DNA of 32,000 nucleotides, taken from Opitutia bacterium KCR 482 (GTDB lineage: Bacteria; Verrucomicrobiota; Verrucomicrobiia; Opitutales; Intestinicryptomonadaceae). The DNA lies in assembly GCA_029269845.2 (NCBI GenBank), contig CP149973.1:60001-92000 (forward strand). Direction: 5' to 3'. Below are positions 8,398-17,307 of this stretch, piece by piece (within the stretch, counting starts at the first letter, position 1; each line of letters starts with the position of its first letter). The notes below the pieces were generated by a model that was not told the DNA's origin, searched no databases, and saw only the letters and a program-made list of their open reading frames with translations. Position numbers and translations under genes: made by a program.

Positions 8398-8532
8398 AGC
8401 TAGATGATTTACCCTCACGGTAGTTAGAAGCATTTTTTTTGCCTGTCAAACAATTTTTCGCAAAATTCTGCGAAACTCCGCTCTACAAAAATAGCCTTTA
8501 CAAAAAAATCCCGCTTGTTAATCGTTTGAGAC

Positions 8533-10619
8533 ATGAAGAAAATACACATTTATGGGAAATATACGCTAATCGCGCTGTCGTTTGCGGCGTGTCAAGTTTT
8601 CGCAAAACCCTACGCGACGCTCGACGGCGACACGCTTAAAATCGGCAACGACGAAATCGAAAGAACCTTCGAGTACAACGGCGGCGATTTGCGCACGCTC
8701 TCGGTTCTCGATAAAAAGTCGGGAATTTCCACTCGCTCTACGGCAAAATCGCCGACTTGGCGATACCGTCGCAAAACGGCGACGCGCGGGACGGCTACTT
8801 CAAAACGCGCGACGTGGCGGATTCGGACGTAGAGGCGGGGCGGCTCGAATGCGAAATCGGCTTCCGCAAGGGAAATTTGGAAGTAAAGAGGATTTTCAGA
8901 ATATACGAAAAATCGCCCGCAATCGCATGCCAAATATATTTCAGGGGAAAGCCCGACGCGCGGGACTGGATAGGCTCGCGCGCGTCGTCGGCTGACATGC
9001 AGAATATAGAGACAATCACGGCGCGGGGCTTCGGACAGTCCGCGCTTGCGCTCGACACGCTGTCGTTTGCGGGTCGCCAGTGGAATCTGCTCGCCGCCGA
9101 GTTTTTCGACGTTACCGACCACCACAACAACCTCGTCCGCGAAGTCTCCGCGTTGTCCTACCGCAAAATGCCCCTGAGGGGCAACATTCTGTTCATGGAA
9201 AACAAGGAGACGGGCGCGGGCTTTTTCTGGCTTAAAGAGTCGCCGGTGTCGCTCGTGCAGCTGGCGTACCCCGCGGCGGACTTCTTCGCCGAGTGGGGAA
9301 AGTTTCTGCTCGTGGGCGCGGGCGTCGACGCCTCCGACATCTCCGCCGACAAATGGACGCCCGCATACGGCTATGTCTTCGGCGTCTGGAACGGCGGCGA
9401 GCGCGAACGCCTGCTCGCGCTGAGGTCGTACCAAAAGAACCTCCGCCGCTTGAAGGAGGGGCGCGACGAAATGGTCATGCTCAACACTTGGGGCGACAGA
9501 GGGCAGGACACGAAAGTAAACGAGGCGTTTTGCAAAGAGGAAATCGCCCGCGCAAAAAAAATGGGCATAACGCACTTCCAAATCGACGACGGCTGGCAGG
9601 CGGGCAAGAGCGGCAATTCGGCGTATGGCGGCTCGTTCCTGAACATATGGGCGAACCCCGACTACTGGAAACCCTCGCCCGAAAAATACCCCAACGGCTT
9701 GCAGACGGTCGTAGACGCTGCCCGCAACGCGGGAATCGAGCTTTGCCTGTGGTTCAATCCGAGCTGGCCAGACGACTTCGCCGACTGGCAAAAGGACGTC
9801 GCCGCCCTTACTTCGCTCTACGACAAATTCGGAATCCGCACGTTTAAAATCGACGGAATGAAAATCCGCACAAAGCTCGCCGAAGAGCGCGTCCGCGCCA
9901 TGTTCGACGCCGTTTTGGCGCACACAAAGGGCCGCGCCGTGCTGAACCTCGACGTCACCGCGGGGCGCAGGGGCGGGTATTTCTCGTACTCGAAATACGG
10001 CAACATATTTTTGGAAAACCGCTATACCGACTGGCAAAACTACTACCCGTACTGGACGCTCCGCAACATCTGGACAATCTCGAAATACGTTCCCGCCGAG
10101 CGTCTTCAAATAGAATTCCTCAACAACGACCGCAACACCGAAAAGTACGGCGACGACCCGTTCGCGCCCGCAAAGTACGATATCCGCTACCTCTTCGCAA
10201 CGACAATGGCGGCGCAGCCCTTGGCATGGATGGAGGCTACGGGGCTGTCGGACGAAAACATCGAAAAGCTCGCGCCGCTCGTGCGCGACTATAAAAAAGT
10301 GTCGCACGATTTCCACACGGGGACAATCATGCCGATTGGCGAAGAGCCGTCGGGACGCTCGTGGACGGGCTTCCAGTCGGTGAAGTCGCCGACTTCGGGG
10401 TACGTAATCGCCTACCGCGAGTTCAATCCCGCAGCGTCAAAGAAAATGGCGACGCGCTTCGATGCGGGCGCGGAAGTTTCGTTCGAGCCGGTGCTGGGAA
10501 GCGCAAAGGCGTTCAGGGCGGAAGTCGACGCCGATTCGCGCGTCGAATTTTCGCTTCCCGAAGAAAATTCCTTCGGCATGTGGAAATACACGGTGCTTAA
10601 AAACCCGTCCAAGAAATAG
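8533..10619 (+). pseudogene. secreted GH36/clan-D alpha-galactosidase-like glycoside hydrolase, interrupted by a 1-nt frameshift near 8713-8724
   Basis: ORF 8533..8832 supplies a signal peptide (MKKIHIYGKYTLIALSFAACQVFA/KP) and a sensible N-terminus up to ..LSVLDKK, then turns Arg-rich. ORF 8757..10619 in the -1 frame carries the catalytic core: NTWGDRG, THFQIDDGWQ, IRTFKIDGM, ENRYTD. That frame reads sensibly back to 8715 (KVGNFHSLYGKIADLAIP). Confidence 0.7.
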
Positions 10620-10644
10620 GGGTAGGGCTTCCCCGAACGCGAAC

Positions 10645-10667
10645 CGCGCCGAACTGGCGCGTTTTTT
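10645..10667 (+). terminator. rho-independent terminator after the GH36-like gene
   Basis: CGCGCC-gaact-GGCGCG followed by TTTTTT, 26 nt after the stop codon. Confidence 0.7.
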
Positions 10668-10813
10668 GCGCGGGCGGATACGCCGCAAAAAACGAAAAAA
10701 AAGTGTGGCGGTTTCCGTTTTTTGGGTTCATTATGTTTTCCCGATGTGCGTTCTCGCGGCGTTCGGAGGCCGGGGGGGGCGCGCAACGCATAAATTTAAC
10801 AAATCGCAGCACT

Positions 10814-13078
10814 ATGAATATCGAAAACCTAAACGTTTTGGCGGCGTCGGCGTCGCCCGAAATAAACCCCGTCTTTTGGCTCGTGCCGACGGCGTCGATT
10901 ATCGCGCTCGGCTTCGCGCTGGCGTTCTACAAAGGCATGAAAAAAGAGGAGGAGGGCACCGAAATCATGCGGAAAATCGCCCTGCACGTCCGACACGGCG
11001 CGCTTGCGTATTTGAAGCAGCAATACAAAATAGTGGGGCTTGTGTTCGTCCTGCTGTTCTTTTTCTTCGCGTTCTTGGCGTACGGTCTGAACGTCCAAAA
11101 CGGCTGGGTTCCGTTCGCGTTCATCACGGGCGGCTTCTTCTCCGGGCTTGCGGGCTTCTTCGGCATGAAAACCGCAACATACGCTTCGAACAGGGCGGCA
11201 AACGCCGCAAAAAATTCGCTCGACCACGGGCTGCGCGTCGCGTTCCGTTCGGGCGCGGTCATGGGGCTTGTGGTCGTGGGGCTTGCGCTGCTCGACATCT
11301 CGGTATGGTTTTTCGTTCTCAACTATTTTATAGAAGACATTTCGCAAACGCATAAAATGGTCGTGATTACGACCACAATGCTTACTTTCGGCATGGGTGC
11401 AAGCTTGCAGGCTCTCTTCGCGCGCGTCGGCGGCGGCATCTTCACGAAAGCCGCGGACGTCGGCGCAGACCTCGTCGGCAAGGTCGAAGCGGGCATTCCC
11501 GAAGACGATCCCCGCAACCCCGCGACAATCGCCGACAACGTGGGCGACAACGTAGGCGACGTTGCGGGCATGGGCGCGGACTTGTACGAATCATACTGCG
11601 GCTCGATTCTTGCGACTGCGGCTCTCGGCGCGGCGGCATACATGACAGACCCAATCACGCAGATGAAGGCGGTTCTCGCGCCGATGGTAATCGGGGCGAT
11701 TGGCGTTGTGCTTTCGGTTGTGGGGATATTTTTCGTGCGCGTCAAAAAGGGCGCGTCGAGCAAAGAGCTTCTGGACGCTCTGGGGCTCGGCGTAAACGCA
11801 AGCTCCGTGTTCATCGCGCTGGCGTCGGCTGGCATTCTCTATTTGCTCGGTCTTGAAAACTGGCTCGGCAACTGGGGCTCGATTATGGTGGGGCTTTTCA
11901 CGGGCATTTTTATCGGCAAAATTACGGAGTACTTCACGTCGGAGGCGTACGCGCCCACGCGCGGCATTGCCGAACAGTCCAAGACGGGCCCCGCAACCGT
12001 TATAATCGGCGGCATTGGCACGGGCATGGTCTCCACGTTCTATCCCGTGGTGGCAATCGTAGTGGGCACGGCGTTGGCGTACGCGTTCTCGGCGGGCGGC
12101 GAATTCTCGAACATGAGCCAGGGGCTTTACGGAATCGGAATCGCCGCGGTCGGCATGCTCTCGACCCTCGGCATTACCCTCGCGACCGACGCCTACGGGC
12201 CTATCGCCGACAACGCGGGCGGCAACGCCGAAATGTCCGGCTTGGGCAAAGAGGTAAGACGCCGCACCGATATGCTCGACTCTCTCGGCAACACGACCGC
12301 CGCAACGGGCAAGGGCTTCGCAATCGGCTCGGCGGCGTTGACCGCGCTCGCCCTGCTTGCCTCCTACGTCGAAGAGCTTAGAATAGGGCTTGTGAGAATC
12401 AAGGACAGCTCCGCGCTTTCCGACTACGCGCAAAGCACTATCGACGCTTTCGAAAAGCTCGGCGGAAAAATCGAAACAGCCTCCCTTGCCGATTTCATGC
12501 AGGTCTATCAGGTGAACCTCATGAATCCGAAAGTTCTGATGGGCATGTTCGTCGGCTCGATGATGTCCTTCCTTTTCTGCGGTCTCACGATGAACGCCGT
12601 CGGCAGGGCTGCGAACCAGATGGTGAACGAAGTCCGCAGGCAGTTCCGCGAAAATTCGGGAATCATGGAGGGCAAGTCCGACCCCGACTACGCGCGTTGC
12701 GTGTCGATTTCCACAAAGGCGGCACAGCGCGAAATGCTCTTCCCCGCGCTTTTGGCGGTTGCGGCTCCCGTGATTATGGGGCTTATTTGCGGCGTTGCGG
12801 GCGTGCTCGGTCTGCTCGGCGGCGCGTTGGCTTCGGGCTTTGTGCTGGCGGTGTTCATGGCCAACAGCGGCGGCGCGTGGGACAACGCAAAGAAATACAT
12901 AGAGCAGGGCAATTTCGGCGGAAAGGGTTCCGACGCCCACAAGGCGGCGGTAATCGGCGACACGGTCGGAGACCCGTTCAAGGACACGTCGGGGCCGTCG
13001 CTGAACATTCTGATTAAGCTGATGAGCATGGTAGCCATAGTAATGGCAGGGCTAACCGTAAGCTATTCCCTCTTTTAG
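10814..13078 (+). CDS. hppA: membrane-bound proton/sodium-translocating pyrophosphatase
   Basis: ORF 10703..13078; the credible start is ATG 10814 ([12 protein letters not shown]...). Motifs: [69 protein letters not shown] (the Ala form is usually linked to K+-dependent enzymes), [25 protein letters not shown]. Confidence 0.95.
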   Translation: MNIENLNVLAASASPEINPVFWLVPTASIIALGFALAFYKGMKKEEEGTEIMRKIALHVRHGALAYLKQQYKIVGLVFVLLFFFFAFLAYGLNVQNGWVPFAFITGGFFSGLAGFFGMKTATYASNRAANAAKNSLDHGLRVAFRSGAVMGLVVVGLALLDISVWFFVLNYFIEDISQTHKMVVITTTMLTFGMGASLQALFARVGGGIFTKAADVGADLVGKVEAGIPEDDPRNPATIADNVGDNVGDVAGMGADLYESYCGSILATAALGAAAYMTDPITQMKAVLAPMVIGAIGVVLSVVGIFFVRVKKGASSKELLDALGLGVNASSVFIALASAGILYLLGLENWLGNWGSIMVGLFTGIFIGKITEYFTSEAYAPTRGIAEQSKTGPATVIIGGIGTGMVSTFYPVVAIVVGTALAYAFSAGGEFSNMSQGLYGIGIAAVGMLSTLGITLATDAYGPIADNAGGNAEMSGLGKEVRRRTDMLDSLGNTTAATGKGFAIGSAALTALALLASYVEELRIGLVRIKDSSALSDYAQSTIDAFEKLGGKIETASLADFMQVYQVNLMNPKVLMGMFVGSMMSFLFCGLTMNAVGRAANQMVNEVRRQFRENSGIMEGKSDPDYARCVSISTKAAQREMLFPALLAVAAPVIMGLICGVAGVLGLLGGALASGFVLAVFMANSGGAWDNAKKYIEQGNFGGKGSDAHKAAVIGDTVGDPFKDTSGPSLNILIKLMSMVAIVMAGLTVSYSLF

Positions 13079-13080
13079 AC

Positions 13081-13236
13081 GGCGCGTGAAAGTACTTCCC
13101 TAAGGGCGTTTCCCTGTGCACCCAGACCGCTCGCGTACATAAGTACGCCACGCGCCCTGTGTGCACAGGAAAGCCACCCTTATGAAAGCACTTTGACGCG
13201 CCTAAATAGTGAGTGCTGGCGCACGAAGATTTTTAG
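13081..13236. repeat. structured intergenic element, copy A (rod hairpin 13081-13202 plus conserved 24-nt tail 13213-13236)
   Basis: It begins 2 nt after the hppA stop. The outer stem pairs 13081-13106 with 13177-13202 (22/26 Watson-Crick). The inner stem pairs 13113-13125 with 13157-13169 (12/13). The apical hairpin is gcgtac-ataa-gtacgc. The strand of any transcript is unresolved. Confidence 0.75.
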
Positions 13237-13260
13237 GTTGTTTTTTGATAAAAGTGTAGT

Positions 13261-13370
13261 AGGGCGTTTCGTCAGCTGGCTAATATTTGTGGAAATCCGC
13301 GTACGCCACGCATCCCGCAAGCGCGTGAAAGCCACCGCCTGAACGGCACTCTAACGCGCCTAAAATTACA
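13261..13370. repeat. decayed middle copy of the same element (no 5' arm, apical hairpin deleted)
   Basis: It is collinear with the full unit from agggcgtttc onward. The core is reduced to cgcgtac-gccacgcatccc, then aaagccac, then a 3' arm cgcctgaacggcactctaacgcgcc and taaaattaca. The 24-nt tail is missing. Confidence 0.5.
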
Positions 13371-13371
13371 C

Positions 13372-13527
13372 GGGGCGTGAAAACGCCCCTCTAAGAGCGT
13401 TTCGCGAGTGTCTCAGACTGCTCGCGTACATAAGTACGCCACGCACCCTGAGCCACTCGCAAAGCCACTCTTATAGGGGCATTTTGACACCCCTAAAATT
13501 ACAGTGCTGGCGCACGAAGATTTTTAG
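13372..13527. repeat. structured intergenic element, copy B (rod hairpin 13372-13493 plus identical 24-nt tail 13504-13527)
   Basis: Same 156-nt architecture as copy A. The outer stem pairs 13372-13397 with 13468-13493 (22/26). The inner stem pairs 13404-13416 with 13448-13460 (12/13). The apical hairpin and tail are identical to copy A, while the stems differ from A by paired substitutions. Confidence 0.75.
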
Positions 13528-13666
13528 CGGGCTTTGGGAGAAAAGTTTAGTAATTGTTTAGCGGAGATTCCAAGATTTTGGGGTTTCCGTTTTTTATTTT
13601 TTCCGTGCAAAGTGGTTTATATAGGGTTGCAATTATCTATGTGGGGTGTTTGAGTTTTCGGTGTGT

Positions 13667-14716
13667 ATGGAAAGTAAAAAGACGACACTTGCGGACATTG
13701 CTAAGAAGTTGAAGATATCCAAGAGCGCGGTTTCGCTGGCTTTGAAGGATTCGCCCATGGTATCCAAGCGTACGCGCGACAGGGTCGCGAAAGCGGCGCG
13801 TTCCATGGGTTATGTCCGCAATGAGCTTGTTTCCTCGATGATGTCGAGCATGAAGAAGAACGCCTTCGGCGCGTTTGCCGAGTCTGTTGCCCTCATCAAC
13901 GGCAACATTGACGAGTATGCCCTCACCAACCACCCGACGCTTCCCAAGTACTACGTCGGAATCAAGGAGGAGGCAAAGCGTCTTGGGTACAGCATAAATG
14001 AATTTTGGCTTCACGACCCGCGCCTGAATGCCGAAATTCTCGCAAAGACTTTCCGTTCGCGCGGCATACGCGGCGGCGTGATAATCGGGCACTCCGCCGA
14101 CAACGTTTTTCCCGCCGAGTACGAGTCTGTTTGGCGCGACTTCTATTTCATTTCCGTCGGCATTCAGACATTCAATCCGACCCTCGAAATGGTTTCCGCC
14201 GACCAGTATGCCGTCGCCTACGGGGCGACAAAAAAGGCGGTGGAACTCGGCTACAAACGCCCCGCGCTCGTGATAGAAAAGCACATCGACGAAATCGTCG
14301 GCGGGCGGTTTGTCGGCGGCTTTCTGCGCGCGCAGTTCGACCTGCCCGCGGCCGACAGAATCGCGCCGTTCACATATTCCGACACGCTTTCGGGCTATGT
14401 AGACAAACTCTATTCGTGGCTCGACAAGCGCAAGCCCGACGTCGTTTTGTACCTGCTCGACTCCACCCGGGAAATTATCGCCGACAAGCCCAGAAACGGC
14501 GGGTGCATACCGCTTATCCAGCTGGAGCGGCGCGGCTACGTTCCAGAATGGACGGGCATGGAACAGAACAACGACCTCGTCGGGCGCGTCGCCCTCAGGC
14601 GTCTTTGCGACATGCTAAACCGCAATCCCGCGCGCGGCGGCGAGGCGTCAAATCTCCTGACGCTCGTCCCGCCGACGTGGATAGGCTCTTCGTCTGACTT
14701 GGAGCAGAAGATGTAG
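13667..14716 (+). CDS. LacI/GalR-family transcriptional regulator
   Basis: N-terminal HTH TLADIAKKLKISKSAVSLALKDSPMVSKRTRDRVAKAARSMGYVRNE, followed by a periplasmic-binding-protein-like body. ATG 13667 is preferred over the GTG at 13646. It lies directly upstream of the sugar operon. Confidence 0.8.
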   Translation: MESKKTTLADIAKKLKISKSAVSLALKDSPMVSKRTRDRVAKAARSMGYVRNELVSSMMSSMKKNAFGAFAESVALINGNIDEYALTNHPTLPKYYVGIKEEAKRLGYSINEFWLHDPRLNAEILAKTFRSRGIRGGVIIGHSADNVFPAEYESVWRDFYFISVGIQTFNPTLEMVSADQYAVAYGATKKAVELGYKRPALVIEKHIDEIVGGRFVGGFLRAQFDLPAADRIAPFTYSDTLSGYVDKLYSWLDKRKPDVVLYLLDSTREIIADKPRNGGCIPLIQLERRGYVPEWTGMEQNNDLVGRVALRRLCDMLNRNPARGGEASNLLTLVPPTWIGSSSDLEQKM

Positions 14717-14995
14717 CGCGCGCTTCCGCGGCACGCGCGCCGCGCCGGGCGGGAGGCTCGGTGCAATGCATAGCGGCTTTTACTCAACTGTACAGTAAAA
14801 ACGTTCTAAATTTTGGTTGAAGTCCGCGGGGCTTTCGAAATATTCGGTTTCTGTTGACGGGGGCGAACGCCGTCGGCGGAAATACCACTTTTGCGCGGGC
14901 ATACCACAAATATGGATTGCGGAAAACCGGTTTTTAGCCTAAGATGCGGGCGTCCCGAAAACGCTTCGGCACAACATTCAAACACGGCGATAATT

Positions 14996-15901
14996 ATGAA
15001 ACAATGCGACTTTGTGGGACTCGGCTTTTGCAGCAACGACGACCTTTCCCTCCTGCCAGAAATCCCCTTCGACTCGAAGGTGAAAATCATAACCCACACA
15101 ATTCAGGGCGGAGGCCCCGCCGCAACCTCGACGGTCGCCGCCGCGCGATTGGGCATGAGCGCGGGCTTCATCGGGGTTGTCGGCGACGACGACGCGGGAA
15201 AACGCATTCTATCCGACTTCGAGTCGGAAAAAGTCTCCACAGAGGCGATGGTCGTCCGACGCGGCAAAACCTCCGCCGTCGCCTACTGCTGGATTGACCA
15301 GCCCACGGGCAAGCGCAGCGTTGCGTGGGAGCGCGGCGACGCCCCCGAATTGGAAGCGTCCGACGTTTCGCTCGACCTCGTCGCAAAGGCGAAGATTCTG
15401 CACATAGACGGGCACAACCCCGTCGGCGCGCTTGCCGCCGCAAAGAAAGCGCGGGAGTGCGGCGTGCTTGTGAATTTCGACGCGGGCACAATGCGCGACG
15501 GCGTCGCCGAGCTTCTTCCGTACGCCGACATTTTGATAGCCTCCGAGGCGTTTGCGCGGGGCTGGACAAAGCGCGAAAATTTGGAGGACGCCCTCAAAGT
15601 CCTCGCCGAATACGGGGCGAAAGTCGTGGGTTGCACGATGGGCGCGGAAGGCTCGATGGTCTACGCGGACGGCGGGTTCATAAAGTGCCCAACGTTCAAC
15701 CACATCAAGCCCGTCGATACCACGGGTTGCGGCGACGTCTTCCACACGGGCTTCGCCGTGCGCTACCTTGAAACGCGCGATTTGTACGAGTGCCAGCGGT
15801 TCGGCGCGGCGGTGTCGAGCCTCAAATGCCTGAAACTCGGCGGCAGGGCGGGAATCCCCACGAGGGCGCAGGTTGACGAATTTTTGGAAAACAACAAATA
15901 A
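14996..15901 (+). CDS. PfkB-family carbohydrate kinase (ribokinase fold; IolC / tagatose-6-P-kinase-like)
   Basis: Start at ATG 14996 (MKQCDFVGLGF...). Motifs: GGGPAATSTVAAARLG, and the C-terminal anion hole/catalytic motif VDTTGCGDVFHTGFA. The substrate cannot be read from the sequence. Confidence 0.8.
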   Translation: MKQCDFVGLGFCSNDDLSLLPEIPFDSKVKIITHTIQGGGPAATSTVAAARLGMSAGFIGVVGDDDAGKRILSDFESEKVSTEAMVVRRGKTSAVAYCWIDQPTGKRSVAWERGDAPELEASDVSLDLVAKAKILHIDGHNPVGALAAAKKARECGVLVNFDAGTMRDGVAELLPYADILIASEAFARGWTKRENLEDALKVLAEYGAKVVGCTMGAEGSMVYADGGFIKCPTFNHIKPVDTTGCGDVFHTGFAVRYLETRDLYECQRFGAAVSSLKCLKLGGRAGIPTRAQVDEFLENNK

Positions 15902-15919
15902 CAAAACAGGAGCGTAATT

Positions 15920-17278
15920 ATGAAAAAGAAGTTTAAAATAGGGTTTCTTCCCCTCACGAAGGCGAACTGGACAAACGACGTAATGGAAGCGCAGCGCGCA
16001 AAGGCTCGCGAAATGCTCCAAGCCATTCCCGATGTCGAAGTCGTCGGCGGAGAGGCTATGATAGACGTCGAGCCGAAGGCGATGCGCGAATACGAAATTT
16101 TCGAAAGGGAGCGTCCCGACATCATTGTAGCGTTTTACGCCACGTTTGCGCTCGGCGTGATTGTTCCGCGCTTTGCGAAAAATCTGAAAACGCCCGTAAT
16201 CCTCTGGTCGATACCCGAACCCGACCCCGCGGGCGGACGCTTGCAGGCAAATTCGTTCTGCGCGACAAACATGAACGCGCACTTCCTCTGGCGTTTCCAC
16301 GTTCCGTATTTCCACGTCCACGGCGCGATAGACTCGGCCGAGGCGCAAAAGGGATTGGAACGCGCGGTAAGGATTGCGCGCGCGGCCGACACTGTTTCCA
16401 AAATGCGAATCGGGGTAATCGGCGGGCGCGTCCCCGGCTTCTACACGTCGTGCTGTTCGGAAATGCTTTTGCGCGACAAAATCGGGCCGGAAGTGAAATA
16501 CATCACCATGCTCGAAGTCGTAAACGCCGCAAAGAACATGCCCGAAGAGCGCGTGGTTGAGGCTCTGAAAATAATAGAGTCGGACACTTGCTGCGCGCCG
16601 ACCGCGTCGGCTGGCGACGTCCGCAAGTCCGCCGCGCTTTTTGCCGCCATTGCCGAAATGAAGGAAAAATTCCTTGTGGACAATTTCACGCTCCGCTGCT
16701 GGCCCGAAGTCATTTCGGAAGACCTCTACGGAATCACCGCATGCTCGACAATCGGACACCTCAACAACCACGGGCTTCTCACCGTCTGCGAGGGCGACGT
16801 CTACGCCGCCGTCATGCTGCGCTTGGAAAAGGAGCTTTCGGGGCAGGACCCGTTCTTCTGCGACATGATTGTCTGCGAGGGCGACCACGCCGTTCTCTGG
16901 CACTGCGGCGCGGCTCCGTGCTCTCTGCGCAAGGAGGGCTTCAAGAGCAAACTCACAAACAGCTCTACCGTCGTAAAGTGCGGCGTCACGCACGAGTTCC
17001 CGCTCAAAGCGGGGCGCATAACGCTTGCGCGTCTGGGCGAAACGCGCGACGGCAGCCGTTTCAGAATGTTCATCGCAACGGGCACGGGGCTTGATACCGA
17101 CCTGTTTGTGCGCGGAAATCCGCTCAAAGTCAAATTCGACGCGGGTTGCGAAAAAATCCGCGACGTCGTGTTCAATCAGGGCTTCGAGCACCACTTCTCG
17201 ATGGCGTACGGCGACATCTCCAAGGAGCTTCTGGAATACTGCCGCATAATGGACATCGAGCCCGTTCTTGTTCAATAA
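15920..17278 (+). CDS. L-fucose/L-arabinose-isomerase-superfamily sugar isomerase (short, about 450 aa form)
   Basis: AGGAG RBS, 452 aa. The N-terminal KIGFLPLTKANW... layout and the C-terminal block RCWPE...ACSTIGHLNNHGLLTVCEGDVYAAVM...WHCG resemble COG2407-type isomerases. This is assigned from recalled family features, not from a search. Confidence 0.5.
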   Translation: MKKKFKIGFLPLTKANWTNDVMEAQRAKAREMLQAIPDVEVVGGEAMIDVEPKAMREYEIFERERPDIIVAFYATFALGVIVPRFAKNLKTPVILWSIPEPDPAGGRLQANSFCATNMNAHFLWRFHVPYFHVHGAIDSAEAQKGLERAVRIARAADTVSKMRIGVIGGRVPGFYTSCCSEMLLRDKIGPEVKYITMLEVVNAAKNMPEERVVEALKIIESDTCCAPTASAGDVRKSAALFAAIAEMKEKFLVDNFTLRCWPEVISEDLYGITACSTIGHLNNHGLLTVCEGDVYAAVMLRLEKELSGQDPFFCDMIVCEGDHAVLWHCGAAPCSLRKEGFKSKLTNSSTVVKCGVTHEFPLKAGRITLARLGETRDGSRFRMFIATGTGLDTDLFVRGNPLKVKFDAGCEKIRDVVFNQGFEHHFSMAYGDISKELLEYCRIMDIEPVLVQ

Positions 17279-17307
17279 ATTCGGTTAATTTAAACTAAAA
17301 ATACATT

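Noticed and set aside
8533-10619. Treating 8533..8832 and 8757..10619 as two separate genes.
   Set aside because: The first ORF has only a signal peptide and a partial domain before turning Arg-rich. The second lacks a signal peptide and begins at a TTG in mid-domain. Its frame reads sensibly upstream to 8715, which fits a single frameshifted gene.
10710-10723. 14-mer GGTTTCCGTTTTTT shared by the hppA (10710) and LacI (13582) upstream regions, and recurring GCGTGAAA strings at 6387, 13084, 13323, 13375 and reverse 25522.
   Set aside because: Exact 11-14-mer repeats are expected several times by chance among about 1e9 position pairs in a 32-kb window. Their spacing to the putative -10 elements is also inconsistent.
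13404-13470. Hammerhead-like CUGA...GAAAC string on the minus strand of copy B.
   Set aside because: The core reads CUGAGAC, not CUGANGA. Copy A lacks it (CUGGGUG), so it is not a conserved catalytic core.
13081-13527. Integron attC sites, a CRISPR array or a MITE as explanations for the tandem hairpin elements.
   Set aside because: For attC there are no RYYYAAC...GTTRRRY boundary motifs (the element ends in GCCTAAA), no cassette ORFs between units and no integrase. For CRISPR the units are 156 nt and internally palindromic, with no short repeat/spacer periodicity and no cas genes. For a MITE the copies differ by compensatory changes rather than being near-identical, and I see no target-site duplications. 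The MITE explanation cannot be fully excluded without the whole genome.
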